DNA of 64,000 nt, from contig NC_092677.1 of the NCBI RefSeq assembly GCF_964355755.1, positions 7,834,101 to 7,898,100 on the forward strand, written 5' to 3'. The position numbers and the translations under genes were made by a program. Source of the DNA: Antedon mediterranea. Taxonomy: Eukaryota > Animalia > Echinodermata. Shown piece after piece: positions 41,490-54,372 of this stretch (positions are counted from its first letter, which is position 1; every line of letters starts with the position of its first letter). A model generated the notes under the pieces. The model did no database searches. It was not told where the DNA came from and worked only from the letters and a program-made list of their open reading frames with translations.

Positions 41490-44400
41490 TTAGTAGCAGG
41501 GGCAATACGCAGTTACTGTAAAATTAAAAAGAAATATTATAAAATTAGAACTGTAAATATGAGTTCAAATGCTTTGAAAACAAGTGATTATAGGATAAAC
41601 TATACATTTACCTGCTAAACGCAAAAGTTTTACTTACAAGGAATGACCAGTCTCATGTGTATTTTCTAAAACACTCATGGATCGTTGATATATACTACTA
41701 ATCATGTTTGATCAAATTAACATACCTCTTCGGCAAGTTTCTCCTGTGAAGCCATGTAGACATGTACACATTTCATTACCATCGCCATTGTAACCACATT
41801 CCCCTCCATTCAAACAATTTAAGCTGCAATCGTTTTCTAAATGTCATACCAAATTAATAATACATTTGGTTGTCATATATTGAGATGGTTCGTAAGCTAT
41901 CTTTCGGTTCTTTGAGAGTAAATATTTTTTGTCTCTGCCACTTTGTAGAAAACAATGCATTTGGGTTTATATAATCCTACTGTAAAATGTTTTATAGATA
42001 CAACGGCTTTTTAGTAAAAATTGTAACCATTTATTTTGTCTTTTTACAAGTGATATCATTATTTCAGATAAGCCACCAAAACTAATGATTTGTAGAAAAG
42101 ACAGCATTAATATCATATAGCTTTAAAGTAATTGTATTTATAGTATGGGAAAATAATGGGCATTCCGTTTTTAGTCGCTTTACAGCTCACTATGTTGGTC
42201 GGTTGGTCGGTCAGTTGGTCAGTTGGTCAGTAAACACTAACTTGAGCACGCGACTGCAGCCATGTATATGGCCTTGTTCAAATTGTTTTGTGTTGTTGAA
42301 CTTGTCTTACCTTCTTCACATGTCTCACCAGTATATGTGTCCAAACATGTACAAGTGTATCCTGAACCATCGCCGGAACAAGAACCCCCATTAAGACAAG
42401 GATCACTACCACATGGATCTAAATTAAATATACCGTTTATGAAAACTAAGAAATAAGAAAAAATCCAAACATTTTTCTATGGTACGTATCATTAATATAT
42501 TTTGTTTTCATTTTTGGTGTGTTTATGTATTTTATGATTATTTTAGGAGGAATAAAGAGGAGGTGACTGAAGCCAAATCGTAAGGTTGATAGGGTTGTGT
42601 TAGCAATGATTGTGGTAACATTATAATAAATTCTGAAAATATTATTGTTTACCTATCTTATTGTTATCTTATTGTGCTGGGCTTACCTGGTGTTTCACAT
42701 GTCAGGCCAGTATACGGCTCCAGACATGCGCACGTGTAATCAGAGCCATCGTTGGTACAAGTACCTCCATTAAGACAAGGATAACATTCGCATGGATCTG
42801 AAGGTAATGAAGAAATGAATACAACAATAAATAATCAAGACGACATGCAATAGCAGAAAAGAAAAGTTGCAATAATTAATACCGCATTGCTATATCTAAA
42901 TGACGGAATACAATAGAACCCCTACTTTGGGAACAGTTTCCCACAAAAATAGGGGAATGTTTAACACTATACGGCCACCCCCTACTCAAGGGACACCCAT
43001 ATTAAGGGGACGGAGACACTGTTGAGTGTGCCAAATGGTTGATTCAATTCCTAATAAAGGAAAAATATATTATAAAAAATGACCAAATAATAATTAATTC
43101 ATAACATTATCAATACAAAAATATAATATCCTGATAATTATAATACTTTCTCAGCTTCCATGACAGTTTTTCATGAAACGTTGGCTGCTAAAGTTTCGAT
43201 TCTTCTTAATTTCTATAGATCAGATCAATTAGTGTTCCTTTTTATATATATAGTATATGTTTTTTTGCCGCGAAAACCCATATTTCGTTTTTATTAAGGG
43301 GGAAATTTGTTGGGTCCCGAAGGTATCGTTTAATTGTGATTCTACTGTATTTCGTTTTGCAACTTTGTTTTAGTGTGCTGCTCAGTGAGGTGATCTTACT
43401 TTCAAATTCACATGTTGTACCAGTGTGCGAGTCATAACATGCACAGGTGTATCCTGACACATCGTTTGTACAAGTACCTCCGTTAAGACAAGGGTTACTG
43501 TTGCATGCATTTGAAGCTAAAGTTATATGAAATAATAATTATCATAGAAACTAAAAAAATAACAACAAAACAAAAATCTTTTTTAGAAAGAATGAAAATG
43601 TGAAAAATCCGTGAATGACGGTTGCTGTAACATTGATTGTGGTAACATTAACATTAATTACAAAATGATATGCGTTTGATTATTCCATTTTCATGCAGTA
43701 ATATTTGCTTTGAGCTACATTGTCTATGGGGCCAGATAGGCAGAGCCACCGTTGCAAGGATTGCAAATGCATGATTCATGAAATTATAGAAACAGATGGT
43801 TATTACAAAACAAACAAACAATAGTATGACGTATTTAGTTTTGCAACTTTGTTTGAGCTTCTCTTACTTTGTGTTTGACATGTCGCGCCGGTGTATGTGT
43901 CCAAACATGTACAAGTGTATCCTGAACCATCGTTGGTACAAGTACCTCCATTAAGACAAGGAGCACTGCCACATGGATCTAAAATTAAAAGAAAGCTATC
44001 ATTATGAAATAACGACAATATTCATCCAGAAATATGATGTATTATTTTTCTTTAAACCTTCGCTTTTGTGGTTGTTATGGTTTTACTTACCATGTGTTTG
44101 ACATGTCGCGCCGGTGTATGTGTCTAAACATGTACAAGTGTATCCTGAACCATCATTGGTACAAGTACCTCCATTAAGACAAGGGTCACTTCCACATGGA
44201 TCTAGAGTTAAAATAAAACTATGTTTATGACATAACGACAAACATTATTGGTGAAATGACCGGAATAATCATATTAAAATATAAGGTATTGGTTTTTCAA
44301 TATTTCTTTTTGTAGTTTTCTTACTTTGTGTTTGACATGTCGCGCCGGTGTATGTGTCTAAACATGTACAAGTGTATCCTGAACCATCGTTGGTACAAGT

Positions 44401-47400
44401 ACCTCCATTAAGACAAGGAGCACTGCCACATGGATCTAAAATTAAAAGAAAGCTATCATTATGAAATAACGACAATATTCATCCAGAAATATGATGTATT
44501 ATTTTTCTTTAAACCTTCGCTTTTGTGGTTGTTATGGTTTTACTTACTTTGTGTTTGACATGTCGCGCCGGTGTATGTGTCTAAACATGTACAAGTGTAT
44601 CCTGAACCATCATTGGTACAAGTACCTCCATTAAGACAAGGGTCACTTCCACATGGATCTAGAGTTAAAATAAAACTATGTTTATGACATAACGACAAAC
44701 ATTATTGGTGAAATGACGGGAATAATCATATTAAAATATAAGGTATTGGTTTTTCAATATTTCTTTTTGTAGTTTTCTTACTTTGTGTTTGACATGTCGC
44801 GCCGGTGTATGTGTCTAAACATGTACAAGTGTATCCTGAATCATCATTGGTACAAGTACCTCCATTAAGACAAGGGTCACTTCCACATGGATCTAGAGTT
44901 AAAAGAAAACTATAGTTTATGACAAAACGACAAACATTATTGGTGAAATGACGACAATAATCATATTAAAATATAAGGTATTTGTTTTTAAACCTTTCGT
45001 TTGTGTGGTGTTTATGTGTTTTCTTACCTTGTGTTTGACATGTCGCGCCAGTATATGTGTCCAAACATGTACAAGTGTATCCTGAACCATCGCTTGTACA
45101 AGTACCTCCATTAAGACAAGGACCACTATCACATGCATCTAGTTGATAGATAATTACGGTTTATTCATATGAAAATCATAATATAATAAGATTAGAAAAA
45201 ATATTTGAAATATTTTTGATAAATTTGACAGTTACCAGAGGACCAGCTGCATAATGTAGGCCTACTATGCAGACAATTTATTTTGATGACTATTTAGAAT
45301 CATTACCTCCTAGAAAAAAGGTCAAAGTTCCCTAACATTTATCGCTGCCACTAAATCATCCTAAACTATGTTTTAATCCAATGTATATAAACTTATTTTT
45401 CATAAATGAAATAACTAAAGTTTTTAAATTAGGAAACACTACTTACTATTACAAACAAAATCCGAATCCTGTGCGGCTGTTTTGATGAAAAGAAACGAAG
45501 TGCATATTAATTCGATTTTAATAGAACAATGAAAATCTCAAGAAACAACAATTAAATGTCAACAATCTAATTCAAAAGGTACAACTTTTCATTTATTTTG
45601 CTTACGAGAAAAGAACACATCATTATGCAACACAGGTGAAACACATACAGTCTAGAGAGTGCCAATATTAATAAATAAATAAATTCGTCAAATTTCTTTT
45701 GACTTCAACTCTATAGTTAGTTAATACACGCACCTACGTAGAAACTTACCACATATGCCACACATAAGAGGGCATCCTTTAATGACGTAAGATAGATGAC
45801 ACTGAGCTGGATACCAACCGTTACGACAGTTTTTATGTGTATCTTCACAAGTCACTAACAAAGAAAACAGTTTCACAAACCATAAACCATAGTACTACAT
45901 TATAAAGTAAAAAATGTCATTTTTTTATGTCTTTAGGCAATGTGGCCAATGATTACCAATAGTTTATATACTAATCACTGTTCTATCAGATAGGTGGTAA
46001 TCTCCCTGACACATGGGCTATTTTGTGAACCAGTTTAACGGGTCCCTCTAATTAAAATACGTCAAAATGAAGATTCACACGAATCAAAATATTAAGTTAA
46101 ATAAAGAGCAGATACCATGATTGACACAATCCACAGATTTACACATTTTTGAAGTATTTCAAGGTAATAAACTTTATTTAAGGACCGTAAATAGTAATTG
46201 TGATATTCAAAAGATGATTAATTTACTCTTCGTTGAAATGCGAAGTACTTACATGTGCAGCCGTTTCCATGGTAACCATTTGGACAAGTACAACTGCAGT
46301 CACTATTTAGTGTTCCACAGTTTTCACATTCTTGATTGCAAACTGAAATTATTATTATTTTAAACAAAGATTACCGTATTAATAAATATTGCTAGATAGC
46401 CAGATATTATCATTACACCACATCATCACTCTCCGGTATATGCACAGCACCGACGCGATATTCCCGGCCTGTCTACCATTCAGAAAGCAACCGGGAAAAA
46501 AGTTGACGAGAACCGGTGTCTCAAATAAACAAACTTTAAATTATTCATACCAACACAATAATAATAATAATAATAACACCAATACTAATAATAATAATAA
46601 TAATTACTTTTCAACCTATAAAAAAAAGAAATATAAACTCACCACATTCTTCATTGTGTTCCGAGCATGGGCCTAAATGAAATAAACACAATTTTGCATT
46701 ATAAAACAAGCCTACTCTTGTAGTGAATGTGAATAACTGGGATTAGAATAGCCTATATTTAGTATTATCTGAATTCGGTTCAACTCGGCCCGCCTCAAAC
46801 ACGGTTCCAGGTAAACTCAGTCCCGCCTCAACACTATTCCAAGTCACCTCGGCCCGCCCCAACACGGTCCCATTTCAATTCGGATCTCTATAATACAGTC
46901 CCAGTTCAACTTGTTTTTTTTTTTCAATATTTTCCCAGGTCAACTCGATCCAGAGACGGTTTAAAACCGATTTGACATGCGTCACATTATCTACTAAAAC
47001 TTACGGCATTGATTTTCATAGCACTCGTCAGAACCTGTGGAACACTCGGTACAACTTGGTCCACTCACGTATGGTATTTGTCCTTTGAAATTACCACTGA
47101 AAATGAATCGACATAGATCTATCAATTATAGTTTCATGATCGACTGATGCAAATACATATATTTAGACTTGATTTAATGATTGGTCAGATCATGAACCTA
47201 AATGGTCAGACCAAACACTACATCGCAAAAAATCACCAATCGTTTTTCAATATTATTCTTATTCTTTATTGCCAATCAAAACAACAAACAAACAACTACA
47301 AAGTAAATGGGAGGAAACAGAAAAGGGAAGAGCCCGTGAATCCTCTTACCAAGTAGCACATAAAGATAAAATATAGCATTTCAATATATCAGAACATATC

Positions 47401-49651
47401 CACACAAAAAATATCAAAAAACCATTCATAAAAAAAAAACATGCTGAAAAGTAAAAACACTTTACTCCGAGTAGAAACCTTAACATTATTAACTTCATTA
47501 CAATTATTAATAAAAAGTGAATTTTATGTCTTATTTGTCATCGTTTTTAAAGTTAATATATTCGAGGAAGATAATTGTGATTACATATCAGATGAAACAC
47601 AATACATACCGGGGTCCGTAGTTACATGTCAGAAGCCACTTGTTCGATTTGCCTTCTGCTGTAGATTCACAGAAAGTACGGCCACAGCCCACTGCATACG
47701 TATTCGCCCATACGACCTGAAAATATGAATAGACCAAAAGATAACAACAAAACGGCATACACATGGTTGTGATTTGTAAATTACAAGATGTACATAATTA
47801 GATGCTTACTTTCAAACCATTAATCATCTACAATATTAGTACAGTACTGTCGCAGCCAGACATAAGATCAAAGGACTGTTACGAGTTCCTATTTTGGCAA
47901 GGCGAGCTCAGTGTCCTGTTGCCTTGACTTAATGTTTTGTTGTTACCAACACCTCGTATTAATTTAGGACAACAACGACATTCTTTCAATGGTGTTATAA
48001 TTGATTTATTAATTTATAAATGTATGTTTATCAAACGTTTTATTTATTTCCATTACATTAATACATTTTCCAACGTTTTAAGTCCTTGATTGACACCGAA
48101 ATGTTTAAGGTGATGTCGTGAATAATGTTTCCGAATGTCTGACAACATAATAAAACTAAGATAAACTTGATTTGATGACAACATATTTTTACAAACGTGT
48201 TTTGTTGTTTCGCCAACAACAACATCCTCAGTGCAATAAAATAATTTATTAAACGTTCTAGTCACTAGATAATCAAGAAGAACGTACGAAAGTAAAATAA
48301 ATAAATAAATAAATAAAAGTAGAAAGAGCTCTCGAAAAAAATCTGTAAACGCAGCAGCTGATATAAACTACTTAAAAAATTGCATGTATAATTATTATTA
48401 TTATTATTATTATTATTAGTGTTATTAGTGTTATTATTATTATTATTATTATTTACCTTCATGTCTCCTACTTATGTATATTATAGTATATTCTATTATA
48501 CACAACAGGCAAAAACATTAATTCTAAACCGCCCGGTGATATACTGAAATGTAATTAATTAATTTGAAACGACCTTCTGCATGATATGTTTATGTTTTTT
48601 ATTATTTTAATGTTTCTCTCTTAATTTCTGGAGGCATTTTGAATGAATTTAAACTGAGATTACAATCAACAGTGAAAGATATATTGAATAAGATGAGATG
48701 GATGTACGTGCAATACATACCTGTGTGTAATGACCACATACACTGCCCTCTTCACATGTATCCGTGTCATAATCGTAATCGGAGACTTCGTTATAAAATG
48801 ACTGTGTTGCCCCTACACCGTTAGGTTCGGAATTGCCAAGCCAAAGATTTTGGCCAACAGAGCCAAATGGAGAAATATTGTCTGGGTTACCGTGTTCGAA
48901 ACTACAACCATCTGACCACTCTTGTGCCATTGTTGCCAAATCATCATCCCATTGCTATGCATAATTTAGTAATAAGTTAGTGTTTATTTGTCTTTATTTT
49001 TCTGCATTTCTGCCAAATAAAAAACAATTATAAAAACGTGAAGAATAAAGATTAATAAAATCAAAAAAACAAACGAAATTAAAAAAAAAATGATTTCATA
49101 TTTTTTTTCTTCATAATTTTCAAAATTAACGTAAGGCCATGTTCTAAAAAAAAAGTTTTAGTTTCGCGACGTTTCGTTTCTTCATAAATGATGCAGTAAG
49201 TCCAGCAGGAAATGGGGAATGTAAGTGAGATTTTGTGTTTCAAATCTCCTAATATCATACCATAAGCTTAACCTCTAATATGATAGAGGCACCACAGGTG
49301 ATACAAATGAGATTCTGTATTACCAAAAATATTCGTATAATATTCGTATTATGATACTTGGTAAATATTGTAGTATGTTAAGATTTTAGTTTAAATAGGC
49401 GCGCCATTTCAACCAATACTCGTTTCCTTGGTTTTTGTTTATCGGGCTCACATGTGTCAAAAAAATAATGTCCTCACCATGAATTTCATGTTGGCTGCTT
49501 CTGGAGAAACTTGTGATCTCAGTTGATTGTGTTTGTCAACAATAGCTTGAGCTTCACTCGTAGAATAATCAGTGGATCGTCTAACTCGTGAGTGTACATT
49601 GCCATTAGATAGGCCATGTACGAATATAATAAAAATATATATTTCTCTCAT
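41490..49651 (-). CDS. Secreted CAP-hinge-EGF-ShKT-(EGF)x10-CPC protein, about 666 aa, 19 coding exons
   Basis: Exons 49651-49478, 48954-48721, 47716-47610, 47096-47005, 46672-46643, 46342-46253, 45854-45750 (ShK), 45476-45447. EGF exons 45138-45028, 44892-44782, 44658-44548, 44435-44325, 44201-44091, 43978-43868, 43516-43400, 42797-42687, 42418-42311, 41836-41726. Tail 41515-41490 (VTAYCPCY*). 2001 nt in frame. Possible 5'UTR exon donor near 52525. Confidence 0.92.
42911..43347. mobile_element. Tc1/mariner-type MITE in an intron (copies at 55610-56090 and 56222-56656)
   Basis: TA-CAATAGAACC ... GATTCTACTG-TA termini with GGGACAC/GTGTCCC subterminal motifs. Confidence 0.65.
46775..46950. repeat. 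About 32-bp degenerate tandem repeat in an intron
   Basis: CAACTCGGCCCGCCTCAAACACGGTTCCAGGT-like units, 4-5 copies. Confidence 0.6.
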
Positions 49652-50483
49652 TCTATTAAAAAAAAATCGCAGTACATTTATTAACCGCTAAAAAATACTT
49701 TTTGAACTTTCTATCTAAAAAGGAACGATTTAAAGTGGCTTTTTGTTTTGTTTGTTTTTAGGCTTGTAACTACATGATAAATCAAAACAAATTATTTGTA
49801 TTATAAAAATAGATTACTCATTGAAGTTAATAATGAACGATTTAAGTTGCCTTTTTAAATATATTAATACTTTATTTACTATTTATTTACGGATTGTATG
49901 TACACATGTAATTATGGCCTATATTCAAGAAAAATAAGTCGATGATACTTAGAATCAAGCTTTCCAATCAAATCATCAAATTGCTTTTTTCTTTTACACC
50001 GTATGCACGTTATTATGACTGCAACACCAGTTTGTAGTGTATAACATAGTTAAATATTCATCTTAAAACATGACCTTTTTGATTGATTAAAAATACCTTC
50101 TAATCGTATGGATAAACAAACAAACGCCTAGTTCAAGATTCAAGTAATTTTGTTTTGTTTTGTGAATACTGTATACCTCTAGCGAAGCGTTAACATCTGT
50201 CAAACACCGACATTCATAAATAACGTCGGATTAATTGTTGAAAACAGTTATTTTTGTATATTGGTATTACCGTAGCAAATTTTCTCGTGGGAATACGATT
50301 GGAATTTATTGTTATTTTAAAACGACTGTGTTATTGTTTAATAATGTATTGTAGAATCAATTTATACAGATTATACATAACTTTTTGTGTAGTTTATGAC
50401 ATTCAACAGAGCGCATCTCGGTTATTTGTGCTCAAATTTTTCACAAATTTCAGTATGTGCTTGCTTAATTATTTTTCTTTCAG

Positions 50484-51383
50484 CGTTTTCATTTTGATGA
50501 CGCCATCACGTATAAAAACTTGAATAACGCAGGTCGTGTAATTTCACTTACACCATACATTTGAATATCTTACAGCTCTTCAGAATTAAATGTTACCTTG
50601 AAGATTATAACTTATTATGATAGCTGATGAAATATAGATATGAATTCATATAAAAAATAGGCCTATCGGATGTTGCGATGTTATCATATGGCCAGTTGAA
50701 GTTATACCTTGTAGGTAATTTTAAGAGTTACTCATGAGTTGTCAATATTTTCATTTTGATGACGTCATCACGTCTAAAAATTTGAATAACGGTGGTTACG
50801 TAATTTCACCTACAATGTATATTTGAATACCTTACAGCTCTTCTGAATTAAAGTTGACCTTGATGTTTATAACTTATTATGAGAGCGGGTGAAATGTAGA
50901 TATGAATTCACATACAAATTAAGCCCATGATGTTGTAACGTTATCATAATGGCAAGTTGAAGCAAAAAAGTAGTCTTTCAATTTCTTTAGTCAAAGTTAT
51001 ACAAATTTCAAAGAGAGCTCACCGCGCTTCTACGTGCCAAATTTTCTTCCAATTGTTATATTTTATTGCCCAATTCATTAACCTTCGATTTTGTTATCCA
51101 AAAGTTTTTTTTTTTTTGATAATTTCATCATACCAAAAAGTTAGATCATGATGTGTGTCCGTAATTTCACCAATGCTACACTGTATATAGATATACAGTA
51201 TACTGTACATAATGTATATGGCATATAATACGCACAACTCAGCACTAAAAGCGTATGGATGGCATAAATCAACATTTTCCGATCGTATGTTAACATACGT
51301 GCATGTTTAAAGAATATTAATGTCAATAAAATTATAAAAATGATCACCTATAATTTGTCAAAGTGACGAATTAAATTCTAGTT
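50484..51383 (+). mobile_element. Helitron-like relic with an internal about 262-bp direct duplication
   Basis: TTTTCATTTTGATGACG(C/T)CATCACG at about 50486 and 50748; 3' end hairpin plus CTAG-T, shared with 10740-10930. Confidence 0.5.
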
Positions 51384-51419
51384 TGTTTTGTGATTTCAGT
51401 GTGTTTTTTTTTGACTCAA

Positions 51420-51705
51420 TAAAACATCAGTTAAATAATAAAATCAGTTAAATAATAAAATCACCTAAATAATGAAATCACCTAAATAATGAAATAAGTT
51501 AAATATTAAAATCAGATAACTAATGAAATCAGTTACCGGTAACTAATAAAATCAGTTAACTAATTAAATAATTTAACTAATAAAACCAGTTAAATAATTA
51601 AACCAGTTAACTAATAAAATCAGTTAAATAATGAAATCAGTTAAATGATAAAATCAGTTACATAATAAAACAAATTAAATCAAATCAGTTAAAAAATAAA
51701 ACCAA
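51420..51705. repeat. About 17-bp AT-rich minisatellite
   Basis: AAATCAGTTAAATAATA units. Confidence 0.85.
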
Positions 51706-53763
51706 TTTAGTAGCATTAACATTTTAAACATTTAATTTATTATTAATGAATCTTTTAAATTCCTAACAAAACATGTACATCATAGAAATACAACACAAAT
51801 CACCAATAGAACAAAGAAAATTAATGAATTTCAAACATTTTAGAAATATCACATTTAAATAGTTTCCATTTTCGTTAGAATATATAGAGAATACAGTGGC
51901 ATAACGTCTGTTTTCGACCACTAGGCGGGTATATTCGCGTTGAAAATTGAAAATTCGGATTGGTTGCCCAATTATTCGTATACGATTTACAAAATACGAA
52001 TGCGCATTATTGACCATTCCCCGAAATAATTTCACTTAGTAGAAAACCGTCTTAACAAACATGATACGAAAATATAGACAGTAGACATAACTGAGACTCT
52101 TCCCAGGTTATTAAATAAAAATAAAATAGAAACAATACATTTCTGGCTCTTAATATTTCCAATCCGAATTTGTCTGTGTATTTCGTGAGATCGTGAGATG
52201 ACGACGACTCAGCAAATTAGAAAATAAATAAATAAATAAATAAACAAATAAATAAATAAACAAAAGAAAACATTTTTATTTTATTCCGTACTGCAACACA
52301 CCAGATTCTCATACGATTTTATAATAATAGCGTATGCTAACGCCTAATGATTCTTGTTGCTTGACTACAATTTACCTTTCAAACAAGATAAAACATAACC
52401 ACCTTTAAACAAATCGTTTGCTTAATTGTATTTATGTAGATATAATTATATCTTCTGATGAAAAATGATGATGGCGTAAATACAATCAAAAAAGAAGATA
52501 ACCCAATTAGGTCTATAATACTTACTTTAATTGTTCGTAGGCCTAATCTTCAGTACTGTTTCACAAATCTATAGTAGGCTCTAGATCAATGTTAAATGTC
52601 TCAGTTATTTCTCGTAATAACACAGAATAAACTATCCACTAATCACACTTAAATTTAAGCATAATCTATTTTTTAGATCGCCTAGCATGGGATATTCTGA
52701 CGTCGAACGCTCATTTATTTTTCTAAGCGTTTTGTTTTCTCACTGTTTGTGGTATTTATTTAAACTTTGGTTGATTAGGCATGGGATTTTATTAATAGAA
52801 ATAGGCTTAAGTGACGTTCAATCAACTATTGTTTATCATACTTCAATAAGTACAGTTTGGCCGAAAAAATTAAACTTATGAACGTCGTCATCTTTTGAAA
52901 GAAGATTTTAGATAAACTAAAATGTCATGTGACGCCTCGAAGCAACGATACCCCAAAAACGCGTTTAGTAGAGAACAAAACATATAATTTTAGCTTAAAG
53001 ATATTTGTATTTAGATTTTTTATTTTTATCACGTTTGCAAAAGAAACAGCTATTAAATGGTGTAGTTTAATTGTAATATTGTTAATTAACAAATTAGTAC
53101 GTTGAGAGGCTAAGCAATTACTGTCTCTTCGTGGAAGCACAAATCCATTTCATGGCGTAAAGTTGCACGTCCACTATGTTGACTGCTACCATATGATGCA
53201 ATTTGTTATGATACGCGCATGCGTAATCAATTGGCATGCCTACTGCCCAATTTGAGCACTTGTTCAGTGCATTTTGGCGTTTACTCTCTCCAGGCCTGGA
53301 ATTCCGCATAGGTGATGGTTACAACTCGGGTACGACTCGAGTTGTTGCCCGTTTTTGCTGGCAATTTAACTTAGGATCTCACGGGCAATGCGTTGTAAAG
53401 GAAAATTGTTGGCATTTATGTTTCATAAAAGCATGATATATAAAGTAAATCTGATGAATGAGACTGTTATGAAAATCTCATGGAAGAATGGTATTGGATA
53501 TTGACCTTGACATTAATTTAAGCAGACAATAAAACTGTTGTATTTCAGTCTCCTCCAATATCAACATCAAGTGATAACAGCACAGTAACATTATTTTAGT
53601 AATGAATTTATTTACTTTTGCCTTCAATGAGGTTTAAGAATATGTTTCTAATACTCGATAATAATATGGAAATTATTCCAATTTCTGTATGTTAATTATT
53701 TTTTTTGTAAGAAACAAATTTTACTGTATGCATGTTACATTGCACTGTATTTTACGTATGTTA

Positions 53764-53959
53764 AGCTATGTCTACACTATCAAAATTTATCTGAAAAAAA
53801 AATGTGATGTGCCATATATGAACATGTCAAATCACTACGTATTTGAGAATATTACTACCATATTTGAGCATACCACTACTATATTTGAGCATACCACTAC
53901 CATATTTGGGCACATCGCACTTTTTTTGCCATATAAATTTTGATAGTGTAGACAGAGCT
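53764..53959. mobile_element. PIF/Harbinger-like MITE (partial copies near 1445-1540, 13020-13085, 18760-18853, 40961-41030)
   Basis: TIRs AGCTATGTCTACACTATCAAA / TTTGATAGTGTAGACAGAGCT, TTA duplicated on both sides, internal 21-bp CACTACCATATTTGGGCAT repeats. Confidence 0.8.
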
Positions 53960-54372
53960 TTAGAAATACATTTGAAAGTGTGAACGAACACCGTAAAAAT
54001 GTTCAGGCATATTATTTTTGTATACACTTTTTTCTTCAATTTGTCTAGCTTTTAATATTTTCACAACGAAGCTTATACATTGTTATCCATTAGACCTAAT
54101 ATGTGTTAATTTTGAAAACTAACTTTATTTCCCTCCACCCAATTAGTTACAAGTATTCGATTTCCAACCTTAATTGATATCTCACATGAGTTTTACATCT
54201 TATATCGGCCTATAAATTATTCAAAGATACGATATTTTCTAATATTGATATCTGTGTCGATATTTCGTTTTCGATAAATGTTAAAACAAGTGTTTTGACC
54301 ACTCTCCATTAGTGTATGTAGGCCTATGATGGGTCTATATATCTTATAAATGTTCCTTTTTTCACTAACCCT

